A stretch of 64,000 bases of DNA from Octopus vulgaris (GCA_951406725.2 OX597825.1:88412001-88476000), one strand, 5' to 3'; shown: positions 39,798 through 53,795, numbered from the stretch's first letter. Numbers and translations: made by a program. Notes: a model not told the origin generated them from the sequence alone.

Positions 39798-39802
<5 letters not shown>
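39243..39802 (+). mobile_element. non-coding direct-repeat-bounded element with central hammerhead-like motif (39502-39561)
   Basis: ~55-bp direct repeats at 39264-39316 and 39747-39802. ttatca-TTGGCGA-AGGGT..GCTC-ttat-GAGC..ACCCT-GAAA-TCGG-t-CCGA-TA-tggtaa. Embedded in TA-rich repeats. Confidence 0.7.
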
Positions 39803-39828
<26 letters not shown>

Positions 39829-39957
39829 CATATATAAAAATATATATATAAATATATACACATATATATATGTATATATATACATATATACACACACATA
39901 TATGTGTATATATATACATATATACACACACATATATGTGTATATATACGTATATAT

Positions 39958-40002
<45 letters not shown>

Positions 40003-41182
40003 TACACACATATATATATATATATTCATATATAAATATACATATATACACACACACAAATATATATAAACATATATATACATATGTATATGCATATATA
40101 TATATATATATACACATACACACACATGTATATGTGTGCGTGTGTGTGTATGTGTAAGTATAGAACTCGTTTAATAGAGTGCTTTTATAGATTGAACATA
40201 CTCAAGGTAAAAGCCACTATTTTCGTGTCCATTGATGTTCTCGTCTCATGTTTTCCATATATTTAGAAATTTCCTTATTTTGTGAATGTTTACCATTTAT
40301 ACAGATACCAGAATGAATTTCATTGACACTGAAGAAACAAATGGTAAAGGAATATATTCTTTTATTAATGTATGCAAAGTTTATATGATTGTATCATTGG
40401 AATGTATAATATTTTATAATTGACTTCATGAGATATATTATTACAGCTTTTTATTTCACGAAAGAATACGATATGATGCAGTTAACAAACACTCAAAGGT
40501 TAAAATAGACGTATTTGATGGCGATAAAACTTGCCAATAATTGACAGAAATATAATTGACCATTTCGCAATATATAGCCTGATAGCAAAACTTATATATA
40601 TATATATGTGTGTGTGTTTGAGTTTGTATTTGGTCTATATATATAGAATCAATTGAATGACAACGGAACCGGAATTGTGAAATCGCCATCCTTAGCTTAC
40701 ATGTTAAGTGCAATATGAAGATATATAATGTCTGACTTTGGATGTTTAAAGCCGCATTGCCAAATGAGGTGCATGCTAATTGATGTGGTTCCGTAACTCC
40801 CCTTCTTTTGTATTACATATATTATGGAATCTTTTGATTCCATATATCTTTTGATTCGTATAAATTGTGGAAGGTTTCATTCCGTTCACAACAGTTTGCC
40901 ACTGGAGTTTAGTACAGAGTATTATATTTAAATTGCTGTTGGCCATGACATGTTAAAGTAGAATTCCAGTGTATATCTGTCTATATATATACACAAAGAC
41001 ACACGCATATATATTTACATTACATAAACTTTCACTTCAAATTTTTGACTAAACTGGTGTTTCATGTAGAACTGGCGCAGAGACGATTGTAACGAATCAT
41101 TAGAGATATTTAAAAAGAAACTTCTGTGTCTTTTTATCATTCGGGTACACACACATAATGAGAAATTGTACAAATGTATGTA

Positions 41183-41238
<56 letters not shown>

Positions 41239-41266
41239 TTGCAAAATAGTGGTTTTGTCTCTAATA

Positions 41267-41303
<37 letters not shown>

Positions 41304-41367
41304 TATAACATTAGGAATGCGTACAGTACAGAGCATGTCCACCTTCAAAATTACCCCTTAACATTGG

Positions 41368-41378
41368 TATTATTATTA

Positions 41379-41436
<58 letters not shown>

Positions 41437-41448
41437 CATCATTATTAT
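41368..41448. repeat. (ATT)n microsatellite
   Basis: Directly visible trinucleotide run. Confidence 0.95.
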
Positions 41449-42197
41449 TGGTAGAATTATTGGTAGTATTATTACTTCCAAGCTTAAAGTTGGTCGTCTG
41501 CTCTGTGCGACTATAGAATTGAAGAAATTGCAGTGAGGAAGAGGGAACAAGTTTGGACGTTTGTTTATTTCTTGCTACAATTGTTTCGACGGAACAGAGT
41601 TCTCCCAGGATTACAGGTTTTTCATTATGCAACTGTTTGCATAATGAAATCTAGTTGTGTTTCCTCGGGTGATATGCAAGTGTGTCTCTGTTATGTATAT
41701 ATGCATACATGTGTACATATGTGCATATTTGTATCAACGTATTATACATAGGCGTCTATCTACGTATGCAATTGTATAAATATATGTGTAGATGTGCACG
41801 TGTATATGCATATATGTGTGTAAGTGTATATATATGCGTATATATATATTCATCTGTGGGTGTGATCGTGTGATAATCAGCACACAATGTTAGAGATAAT
41901 TAGAGTATGTATATATGTATATGCTTATATGTGTGTGTGTGTGTGTGTGTGAATAAGTGTGTAAGTGCATGCTGATCGGTGTAATTATATATATACACAC
42001 ATGTATTTTCATATATGCATATGTGGTTACCTAAATATGGGTATGTATATACGCATGTGTTCGTGAATCTATGCGCAGGTATCTAAATGTGAGTGCATGT
42101 ATGTGTGTACATATACATATATAAATAGCTTTGAGTGTGAGAATATGTGTGAGTCTCTGTTTGTGTTTACGTATTCGACCAATGAATACTAAAGATC

Positions 42198-42240
<43 letters not shown>

Positions 42241-44314
42241 TTCATACACCCTCACACATATATGCAGGGACATGTAGGTATATATTTATACACACCCACA
42301 CTCACTGTAGAAACATACATATGAAAATAACTTTTATGCATATAGATATAGATGTGTATGTATATGTGTATATGTGTGTGTTTATATACTATATATATAT
42401 ATATACATATATACATATATACATATATACATATGTATATATACATAAATATATACGTATAAACACATTCATACACACCTATGTCTATATGCATAAAATA
42501 TATTCTCATATGTATGTCTCTACATTGCATGGAGGTGTGTATAAATTTATACATACATGCTCTGATGACTATGATCTGCTATAATGATGAATCCATTGGC
42601 TGAAACCAGACAATCAACGAGGATTCAAAATCTGAGAGAAAATCTGAGGAAAAAGCAAATGAAGATATGGCAACACAGATTGTTTATGGTGGTTGGGAGC
42701 TTTTATTTATACTTTTGTCTTTGACATAAAGAATCGTTCTTTCGAATAAATTATATTTCTTTCGATGCATGTTTCTCATATTTCAACTGAGACATTAACG
42801 TACGTTATAAATATCCCGACATCTCTCACAAAGCTTCAATGATTCTCTCTTACCTAGCATTTACGTTGCCGCTATGAAATTTGCCGCTACTAACAGCATA
42901 TATGTATATATATATAGCGGAAATTAATGGTAAACCTATTGGGTCCTTTGTGAAAGCTTTATCCATAAAACCTGAAAGCGTAGCCTTTGTTGTGTCTGTA
43001 TAGAATGGTAGTCGCTCATCTGGTACTTATTGAGAAGTGAAAGACATTGGAATATGATGATTATTTAATACACTTTACATATACAATTTATACACTTTAT
43101 GCACAATTTCATAGACCCAATGTACAGCACTCATAAAATAAATATTCACCCTCATTTTCCCGTTTTTCTAATAAACAACAAAAAATGCTGTACATATCAT
43201 ACAACGTTTAGTTCAATTACATCCGCCCCGCAAATAAGCGGGAATATTTTACGGAATTGCACTAATGCGCATGCGTTAAGTGATAGGTGATATAAATTAC
43301 TTAGTTCAATAAAAAAAAAATACACCCTTCTTTATTCAAATACCATTCCCACCTCCACCACCACAACGACCACTACCATCTTCATTTGTCACTTGCCCTC
43401 TTTCTCTTCTTCGTCATCTCCCTTTCCCTCTCCATTTTTTCTCTGCCTTTCTTTAGCCTCACCCCGCTACTAAAATTCCATTGTTAACTCTCCCCCTCTC
43501 TATCATCATTGAACTTCTACTAACACTTTTCAACCACCCAACAGGTATTACGTTACTTCTATCTTACGTCATAGACGCTTCTCTTCCCCTTCTTCTTCTT
43601 TCTCCTGTTTTCTCACTCTTCGCTTTATTCTCTCATTTTTCCTTCTCCTCCCCTTCCCTTCAGCTAATCACCTCTCTCTCAGATTTAGAGGTCAACTGAG
43701 CACATCAGAATAATATTTACATTGTTAAATTGTTAACGACAAAGCATTTCCTCAACAAAAATGCATGCAATAAACCTTTATAATTTAGAGAAACTCTATA
43801 AATTTTGTCAAATATTGAAAAGAATGTACCAAATATTAGATAATCCGGACCGCTGTCATGCTTTACTATAATTTTTTTTAAAAATCTGTTGATCATTTAA
43901 TCACTTTCGTACGATGTGACTTATAAAAATGTGGTGCTTTGATAAGTATAAATGAGAAACCACTTGAACACTTGTACAAAATGGTACAACTCTACAAAAA
44001 CCATGAAATGAAGACACGAGTCAAACTTATGAAAATAGAAAAACAAAGCCGTAGAAGCAACACGCGCAAAATTCAATTGCAATATAAATGAACGCATGAA
44101 ATAAAGTTTTTCCTCTGTACATTATCTAATCATCAAAGACTGGGAGTGATATCATTTTAATATATTTCATTATACATTATTTACATTTCAGCTGATATAT
44201 GCCCTCCAGCCTTCTTCAGGTGTCTTGAAGAATTTCGAAACTGGGTCCTCATTCCTAAGGTATTTTTCCATGTTATTATTATCATTATTATTGTTAGTGT
44301 TCAGTTCATTGCTT

Positions 44315-44345
44315 GGAATCGAACTCTTAACCACTACGCCATATG
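44315..44345 (-). promoter_or_regulatory. tRNA-like Pol III box A / box B pair (internally shortened)
   Basis: Minus strand gcatatGGCGTAGTGGttaaga-GTTCGATTCC. Only ~6 nt separate the boxes, implying loss of the anticodon-arm region in this copy. Confidence 0.6.
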
Positions 44346-44390
44346 CTCGTGAGCAATTATGGAGTGAATTTTAGGGCTTATAAATCTAAT

Positions 44391-45574
44391 TCTAATTCTG
44401 AACAACGAACAACAACGGTGGGAAGAAGCCGGCTTCCGGTAAAACTACAGCACGATGCACCATATATTTACTCTAACACAACTGCTCGAGCGAGCGAATG
44501 AGTACAAGCTTCCTCTTTGCGTTGCGTTTGTAGACTATGAGAAGGCCTTCAACAGCGTCGAAACCAACGCAGTACTCAACTCGCTGCAGAGGCAAGGAGT
44601 CGGGGCGCAATATGTGCAGCTGCTCAGGGAGGCAAATTCCGGATGCGCCACCGACATAGCTCTGCTGTCATCACCCGTACGAGTACCGGGCAAGAAGGGA
44701 GTGAAGCAAGAAGCTGAGATCTCTCCAAAACTTTTCACCGCATGTCTCGAGCAGATCATCAGAGGCATCGGCTGGCAAGGCGGTGTCAACATCAATGGCG
44801 AGCTACTCACCAACCTCCGTTTCGCTGATGACATCGTAATCATCGCTGAAACCACGGATCAGCTTCAGACCATGCTGACGGAGCTCGACATCAAAAGCCC
44901 TGCAGTAGGTCTCAAGATGAACCGCGAGAAAACGAAGTTCATGCGGTCCGACAACGTAGCATCAGGTCGAATGGTGGTCGGCAGTGATGAAATAGAGGAG
45001 GTAAAGGAATATATCTACTTGGAACAGGAAGTGAATATGTGCCGATACATCGAAAAGGACATCTCACGGAGCGTAAGGGCCAGATGGAAGGCGTTTAATG
45101 GCATAAGGAATGTGCTCAGGGCAGGTAACAGGACCACCCGTGCCAACCTCATCAACAGCACAGTTCTACCTGCAATGTTACATGGTAATGAAACATGGGC
45201 TACAACAAAGAGAGAAGAGCAGAGACTGGTAACGGCTCAAAGAGCCATGGAAAGGTCAATGCTTGGAATCTTGCTGAGAGAGCACATTAGTAGTGAGGTC
45301 ATCAGACAGAAGTCCGGCGTGAGGGATGTCATCGTAGAATATACACACAGCAAGTTTAGATGGGCTGGAAACGTCGCCCGGCTCATCGCTAATCGGTGGA
45401 CCCGCGCAGATGTCGAGTGGTATCCACGCTACCGGAAACGACCACTCGGAAGGCCTCCACGTGCGGAGGTACGATTTTAGGAGGGCGATTGGAACCACGT
45501 GGATGAGGAAATCTCGATACAGAGAGGAGTGGATAGCGTGCTGTGACCAGCGGTCGACCAAGGTGATCGAGGTG
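44391..45574 (+). mobile_element. 5'-truncated RTE-clade LINE with 11-bp TSD
   Basis: ORF 44455-45480 (341 aa): AFVDYEKAFNSV, KGVKQ..ISPKLF, LRFADDIV, RWAGNV, RPLGRP. Upstream EAGFR. ATAAATCTAAT occurs at both 44380-44390 and 45575-45585. Confidence 0.92.
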
Positions 45575-48500
45575 ATAAATCTAATATTTTTCTATCCTTC
45601 CTTAATACCGGTTCCCATTTGCTGCTCATATATGCACTCGGTCTGCTAAGCAAGTTGTTGTCTCCTAGCATATATATGCTGCTTCTTTTAGTTTTCCTAT
45701 TTTCCAGTGGTCTTCTCTGTCTATTATTTTAACTTCATTCCACAGGAGGGGGGGGGGGTCTCCATTTTTCCATACGTGATACCCGATTTGTTCAATATTT
45801 CTTCATGTCACTGCTTTACGATGTACGTCTACTCTTATTTTGAAGAAAGCTGGTGGGTATATCAGCCGAAACGTCGTCAAATATCCGTCGAATGTAAATA
45901 ATGTAAATAATATACATAATTCCTCATCTCTTAAATGTAGAACTATATTTCATTATGTTATTTATGTTCATTTATCAATTTTAGCTGAAAATATGTTTAG
46001 AGAAAACTTGTACCAAATGTTCTGAACTGGACTAAGTCGAAAAAATATTTACAAAGAATATAAGTGAAATACGAATATAAGCTACAAATATAAAACTTAG
46101 TAATTATTGTACGAGTTATTATAAAGTGCTTCCTGTTTGAAAATCAAAAATCAAAAAGGTAAAACAGTTTATTAGTTGAAAACTGATATTTTCAAAATAT
46201 CTTCTTAGATCTTAAATCTATTATTATGCATTTATAATAATTACTATAACGTCGTTGAAGGTCACTTGACTGCTTAAAGATTAAAGTTTTGGATCAATAT
46301 CCTTCGAATCTGATGGAAACTGGTTTTGGAGAACAAGAAATTCTTTAAAAAATGGTTTCGCACCAACATTATCACGAACTGATGACTTCAAAATTATTTT
46401 TAATTTGTATTTGAAAATTTGCTAAAATAAAATTCATTTGACCATTTTGAAATTAATTTGATATTTGGGTTTAAGTATTTTGTATAAGAGCAAATAATTA
46501 TATTCTTAATTAATTGCATCAGCAGACCTTCGCTTATAACAAGATAAATTCAGGTACATTTCGTCACACAATCCTTTTAGGTTGGTGCAAATATATTTTC
46601 AAAATATGTGAAAGACTAGAAAGAAAGATCTTCTCCCGTGTTGGAACTGATCAATTCAGTTCCTCTTATTTTATTGTACACATTTTAATCGAGATCATTG
46701 CATCCAGATAAACCGTGCGTAATCTACTGGATGTTACATTATATAAATTTGCATTAGAACAATCAAACAAATCTGAACGATTCTTTATGAAATATATCGG
46801 GTAAATATGCTAATTAATGTGATGGAAACCCTTCATTAGACAATAGAAGTGTGGAAGCACTTTATTAAAGTGATCGCGTGTTTTGTTATATTTATGTCTT
46901 AGAAAATGTAAAAGACTACATTACGTTTCCATACACTTTTGTTTTGTTTCCTTCATTTTATCATTGATAATTTGTTATATTCCAAAAAGAAAATATTTAT
47001 CTCAGTTCGCAATAGCTGCAGCAACAATTAGAAAGAAACATCGTTTATCAGTTGATTCGTTCTACAAAAACTAAGAACACAGCAACATCGGTTTCTTATC
47101 ATAAACGCGGCCGCAACGGACGACAAACTACATTTCATTAAATATCGTTAAACCAAGCATGTTAATGAATACATTTTAAGTCATTTCCAGTTAACTACCG
47201 TTTCTGGAGATAAATATTTCTATCACGACTGAATCATGAATAAATAATATAGTTTAATAATTTGTTGTGCAAAGAGCTTATTGTACAATACCATCGACAA
47301 TATTTTCACTAAATATTTAATAAACGATTTAATGAAAAACTGCCATGAATTCATTTTAACATGTCTCTGTATTCTACATACGTTATGTATGCAATACCGA
47401 TAACAGTTTTTATACAGCCTCCCCATCTTCTGAAAACAGCAGCTAAGTGTTGGTGAAAGTATATTCGTCAAATAAATTAGATTGGAGAACATAGTCCTTA
47501 CGAGAAAATTGGAGGGAATGTTTACTGTTAGTGATCATGAGATTTCTATTTAGTACCTAAGTCGGTATAAAAAGAACATCATCATGATATATATTACACA
47601 TAATTCATAGCAACATTTCCATTATACGTTCCGTAACACTTCGTAGAATCTTCGCCATAGCGTGTCCTTCGTAAAATAAATGTGGGCGTTGTTCTTTGGT
47701 GGCAATAAAAATATTCATATTAGAAGAACATAGATTCCCCATTATAATGCAATTAGAAATTATGGGCTGAGAAGGTGTGATTCGAGGTGGTGTTTCGCTA
47801 AATGCGTTTCCGATTGTCTAATAACATACACAGGTACACATTAACGCCTCATATATGTATAAATATGAAACTCACACACACGCATATACATGTATACATA
47901 TGTGTGTTTATAAATAACCTTATTTCCATATACACCAATTAGGATGCACTTCATGGCATCGAATCAAAACAATTTAAACCACAAAATATTCATTCAGAAA
48001 TACTCGAAAGAAAAACTATAACCCATGTTTTATTTTTTCTCTTTCACCTTTTCTATTTCTCTTCCTATTATGCGTGTGTGCATATGTGTAATTGTCCATG
48101 TGTGTGTGTACCTCATTCTTAGTGACACACCGACTCAATGGAACTTGCAATCCTGAAATTATCTTCTTTTTCAAGTGCAGCTTGATTCTCTTAATAAATC
48201 AAGACCTTGTGTCACACGGTGTGTTATATCCCTCTGTTTGTTTAAGTTGTTCAAAGGCATGCCACAACCCGTTCTGTTATTTTAATTACCTACATTTTGT
48301 TTAAAGTTTGCACATTACCTTGGTGATTAATATTTTCTACTTTGATTGTTCATATCTAAATCGTTTCGCTACTGAAGTTGAAAACGGACAATTTCAGGTT
48401 TTTGCTTCATCTCCAATCAATTACGCTATCTTTTTTTTTTCTTAGTGTTAACTTTGGAGAAATATTGAGACATGAGATTCTCTCTACTGGATGTTCTCTC

Positions 48501-49339
48501 TCCTTGTGGAAGCCGGGGATGTTTTTAAAGAAGTCAAGGATTCTTACTATAGTTCGTATGCCTATGTTTATCTGTCTGCCTGTCTCTCTGTATATATAAT
48601 TTTTCGTTAGTCTTCTCTGGAATGGTACTTTCTCCCGACGCCCAAACAACTACCTCGTCCACACTCAGTGTGCTTGTTTATACTGTGAAGGTAGATGATG
48701 TTTTCATGGATCACAGGCTGTTCATACATTCAGATGAAAAACATGTGGTATAAAATACAGGGAATCTACGTAAAATAACTGCGCCAAAACTTTTAGTCAA
48801 GTAATGCTTTTATTAGGTGAATTATTTCATTTTTTTCCTTTGGGTTACCTTATTTTTTGTGTGATAAGGGGATTGGGGTGACAGCATTTTTATACATATT
48901 GCTTAATGAAATTGCTAACACCACGTTTCAGTCTGGGAGTGTTTTTAGTTTCTAAACACGGTGCTGTAGAAAAGGTTAACGTATGTAAAAGAGTAGCATA
49001 AACACACAAATATGCGACTTTATTTGTAAAACTATTTACAAAGTGGGTTCGTATCATTAATTAATATTCAAAATTGAATTTATTGAAATTGCTATAATAG
49101 CTCATGTATAACAAAATTAATGATTAACGCACTCTTCAGCAGCGATAATTAAAAACAAGTTTATAGAAATATAATCGTGTATAATTAGTTTTAAATGTTT
49201 TGTCGCATTTTTTAACATTATCACTTTGAGGGTTCTTTTTCAATATAAACACTAAAATATGCATTAATTTTTAATAATGATGTTTTTTTTAATATTTGCA
49301 GAGTACTTTACATATAACAGTTAAATTCATATCGATTTT

Positions 49340-50443
49340 GCCTTTTGAAAGTGAGTTTCGATGAAACTCATATCAGACACTGTATGAGGTAGGAATTCAG
49401 AAGGATTCTTCAACGAGACAAGCAGCTAGAAATATCCGTTCTGTCTATGGAAATGAAGTTCTAAATGTCTGAACATGGTTTGGCAGTTTCATGCAGAACA
49501 TTTTCCGTTACCTCTCTATCCGGCCGACCATGTTCTGCCAATATCGAGCTTCTGAAAGTGACTGCCGTGGAAAATCCAGAGTAAACTCCTAGAAAATTAG
49601 TATTTAAAAAAAAAAAAAACAGTAAATCTAAGTCTACCTTCGTTTAGGAAACACCTTCAAGAAATAGAAAAAAGTGTCTTAACCTGGTCAGTGCGCCCTT
49701 CATAATCTGACTGCTTCTCACCTTAATGAAAGGGTTACCCTCTGCGCGTCCATGACGATTAGATACGTCACCAGACTTCTTTTGTGTAAAATGATAATAA
49801 ATAAGGAAAAGATGGTGTTCTTGAATCATATCCAACAGAAAGGACGATGATTAGCAACCGTAAAGAAGGCAAATCCACTCCCGAAACCAGGATTACAGCC
49901 ACAAAATGTTATGTTCTACGTTTGGTGAGATAGGAATGATATCGTCTGCCTTGAAGAGGCGAACTGAAACGAAGGAGTTAATGCGGATATGTAGAGTCGT
50001 CAACTGGAAGCATTGCAGAAGCATTTACAGAAAAAACACCGATCGTTCGTTAATCGTAAACGGATGTTTCTTACACATGATAAGGCAAGACCACACATGA
50101 CCCAAGTCACTCGAGAAAAGATTTCGGTTCAAAATGTGGAAGATTTATCTCATTCTCCTTATGCTCCGGATTTTCAAAGTACCATCTTTTGGGATCATTG
50201 CAGCATTATTTGGAGGGAAAACAGTTTGTTCATTTGGGTGTGGTTGCAAATGACATTAACTGTTTCTATTCCTTCAAACCTGAAAAATTTTATGTCCAAG
50301 GAATCAACAATTTGCCGAATTGATGGGATTATATTATCAATATTGAGGTTAAATATCTTGGTTAAAAAGCTAATTTAAGAACGAAGCAGTATATGATTCT
50401 TTCCCATCTTAAAAGTTTGTGGAGCTTTCTCGTCAATATAATA
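49340..50443 (+). mobile_element. decayed mariner transposon
   Basis: Fragments HIRHCM, AARNIRSVYG, SGRP, PKPGLQPQNVMFYVW*D, HDKARPH, HSPYAPD, YHLLGSLQHYL. Many frameshifts; ends approximate. Confidence 0.8.
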
Positions 50444-50974
50444 CACCTGAAACGAAGAGTTTTTCTGCTACTTCTGCACATGCCCATATTCTACAAGGGT
50501 TGTACGTAAATATTTTTCTTACACATAAGACTCTATTTTGGGTTCCATACACGACGCTCTACATTCTTAAATATTTTAGCCAACTACTGACAAATGGAAA
50601 CTGTACTTTTGCCACAGAAGATGATCGCTGCAGGTTTTGAATCAGTTGCATTAAAGTTTTAAGCGTCTAACGGTTTTGCTGTACGTTCATAAATACATAC
50701 ATGTATTACATCTAAAGATAAATATGATAGAGTGTATGTGACTATTTACATGTATAAATGGGAGTCACATCTGTTGATCAGATAAATAATATAATACCAT
50801 TTACAGTAGAATATAGAGATTTTGTAAACTGCATTCTCTTCTCTGGATTAGCATTTCATGTTATGAATGTATACATGGTGTCATCGTATTTTTGTATTTA
50901 TGCACATCTTTCTACTTGTCAGCTTATCTACCTATCATCTGCCATGATTGAGCCTTAGCTCCAAAGGTTTTGTT

Positions 50975-51110
50975 TTCTAATTCTTTCTCTTTTTATTTCT
51001 TCGTGTTCCTTTCTGTTGAAGAGCGTAGCTCGAAAAGTAAAATATCTTCTCACCTTCACGAGCGTTAAACTAATACACCTGTCTTCATCTTTTGTTTTTC
51101 TGTAAATTTC

Positions 51111-51115
<5 letters not shown>
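50975..51115 (+). mobile_element. PLE 3' end with decayed minimal hammerhead
   Basis: ttt-CTGTTGA-a-GAGC-gta-GCTC-GAA-aagt-a-aaa, then gagcgttaaactaatacacctg, then (TA)n. Confidence 0.7.
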
Positions 51116-51184
<69 letters not shown>

Positions 51185-52497
51185 TTAAAATGAGGGTGAG
51201 AAATCAGATATTAATTTAATTAACATCGATTTCACACCAGTGGTCTAGCATATAAAAACAAACTGAATGTTCAGTAAAAATGTATGATATATATATTAGA
51301 GGAAAACCACTATGTGGACACCCTTATGCTAGAAAGAGATCCGCTATGGTCTTACCACTAAATAATGATATCAAGAAAAATTTAGCAAAACAACCAAAAC
51401 GTAATCGAGCAAGACAAAAGAAAAGGCAATAAGAATATGGATTATTCGCATACATGTTTCACTATTAGCATATTACGTAATTTATATATATATATATATA
51501 TATATGCTGTCTGTCTGTCTGTCACTAGATTTCTCTATTACCATGTTTGATGATTATCTCAGCTCATTACGTTTCAGTGTAGCACGATATGTAATTACAC
51601 GAAAACGGCTGATGTTGCTTTGGTAGATAACTTGCTTCCATTAGCTTTCCAGAGGAATGTATATATGTAAATGTGAGTATGTGTGTGTGTGTATGTGTGT
51701 GTGTGTGTGTGCGTGTGCGACCGTGCGTGAGTATTTGTGTGTGTGCACACGTATGCACGTATGTGTATGTGTGTAAATATGTAGTATAAGACATGGATTC
51801 AGAGATTTGTGCGAAGATGACAGTCAGCTCCGTTTATGAATCCTGATATCACTCCGAACAGAAATTCATCAGAAAGTTGCGTAACGTGAGGCACCCATGT
51901 AACCGAAAATCCAGAAAAAAGTCAGGGCGATAAAATTATTGTGTGAGATGTGGTAAAAAATATAATTTCATGTGATATGACAGGTTAATATATATATATA
52001 TATATGTATATATATGTTTAGCCATCTGATGTCCACAGGATTACAACCGTTTCGTACAATTTATGTAGTATTCATGTTAGTATCCATACGCACATATTTG
52101 CATTAATGCGGTTACACAGCATTGGGAATTACAATTGAATACACAGAAATAAATACTAATAACGATAGTGAGATCCTCAGATCACCAGAATATCTTTGTT
52201 ATACGAACGGGTTAAATCGAAATATGCACTACAGTTCCACTTCTTACATACATAATATGTGGAAGGCCGCATCTGGACAAAATTATAGCGATTTGGTCAA
52301 TGAAATATGAACTTTTCTATCAGATATATTGTGTTGCTACTATTAAAGAAAAAATATTTTCTTCACATCTGATTACACTCAGATCAAGTAAGTTAAAGTA
52401 CAAGATAGAAGTTCAGAAAATCACTATCCCTCATAAAAACTAGACAAAAGGAAGAAAATATAAAAAAATTATAAAGTAAAGGTAAATATTATATATA

Positions 52498-52663
52498 GGC
52501 GTAGGAGTGGCTTTGTGGTAAGTAGCTTGCTTACCGACCACATGGTTCCGAGTTCAGTCACACTGCGTGGCACCTTGAGCAATTGTCTTCTACTATAGCC
52601 TCGGGCCGACCAAAGCCTTGTGAGTGGATTTAGTAGACAGAAACTGAAAAGAAGCCCGTCGTA

Positions 52664-52711
<48 letters not shown>

Positions 52712-52956
52712 TATGTAAATATATATATATATATATATATATAAATGTGCGTATGTTTGTGTGTTGTGTTTGTCCCCCCGCCCAACATAGCTTGACAACC
52801 GATGGTGGCGTGTTTACGTCTCCGTAACTTAGCGGTTCGGCAAAACAGACCGATAGAATAAGTACGAGGCTTACAAAGAATAAGTCCTGGGGTCAATTAT
52901 CTCGACTAAAGGCGGTGCTCCAGCATGGCCACAGTCAAATGACTGAAACAAGTAAA
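52498..52956 (+). mobile_element. tRNA-derived SINE with CORE-like body, internal microsatellite and LINE-derived tail
   Basis: Degenerate A/B boxes, accttgagcaa.tgtcttc, (TA)n/(TG)n at 52661-52770, tail ggcggtgctccagcatggccacagtcaaatgactgaaac. Colinear with 59089-59503. Confidence 0.9.
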
Positions 52957-52968
52957 TGAATAATGAGA

Positions 52969-53028
<60 letters not shown>

Positions 53029-53460
53029 ATAAAGATAAGCAAATAATATAAAATAAATTTATGGCATCGCAATTTCACAGATGGATAATTGTGGGACAAA
53101 GCATCTAATAAATTAAAAATTCTAAAAATTCATGGATAAATATGTAAAGGCAGGAAGGTCAAACGGATGAGGAAAAATTGTATCTACAGCAATAAAGTTG
53201 TATACGATGACACTGGAACATAAACATCACAGAAATCATTTGAACTTTACAGAATTATATTCTCACGGTAACTACACCTCATTGCTCTTCTTTGTGAATT
53301 AATACGGGGTAAATAAAGTACATACACAGATATACGAAATAGCAAATATACAGGTGCATATATACATAGATATAAATATACATATATATTATATACAGTA
53401 ACATACTTACACTCAAATTACTAGCATATATGCATGAATATATGCATGTATATATATATA

Positions 53461-53795
53461 CGAGCGTGGTTCAGTGGTTAGAGCGTCGAGCTTACGATCG
53501 TGAGGTTGTGAGCTCGAATCCCAGACCGGGCTGCGTGTTGTGTTCTTGAGCAAGACACATTATTTCACGTTGCTCCAGTTCACTCAGCTGTAGAAATGAG
53601 TTGCGACGTCACAGGTGCCAAGCTGTATCGGCCCTTGCCTTTCCCTTGGACAACATCGGTAACGTGGAGAGGGGAGGCCGGTATGCATGGGCGACTGCTG
53701 GTCTTCCATAAAAAACAACCTTGCCCAGACTTGTGCCTCAGAGGGTAACACTCTAGGTGCAAACCCATGGTCAGTGTCTGACTGAAGAGGGTCAC
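53461..53795 (+). mobile_element. tRNA-derived SINE (second family)
   Basis: Box A TGGTTCAGTGG, box B-like GCTCGAATCC, CORE-like gtgttcttgagcaagacac. TA repeats on both sides. Confidence 0.85.

Larger units (their letters stand above)
44165..45945 (-). mobile_element. 5'-truncated Poseidon/Penelope-type PLE with inverted pLTR, split by an RTE insertion
   Basis: Minus 45830-45580 reads VHRKAVT*..YHVWKNGD..LWNEVKIIDREDHWKIGKLKEAA/MLGDNNLLSRPSAYMSSKWEPVLRKDR (GIY-YIG C-terminus) and continues at 44390. Hammerhead at 44183-44222 (-), with an inverted copy plus tail at 45838-45945 (+). Confidence 0.8.

Noticed and set aside
40293-40349. Possible 39-nt plus-strand micro-exon (tttatacag|...aatg|gtaaag)
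   Set aside because: Weak splice signals, no recognisable peptide and no neighbouring exons; expected by chance.
46577-46592. TTAGGTTGGTGCAAA, mariner-like TIR start
   Set aside because: Only ~15 nt, with no partner TIR or transposase sequence seen.
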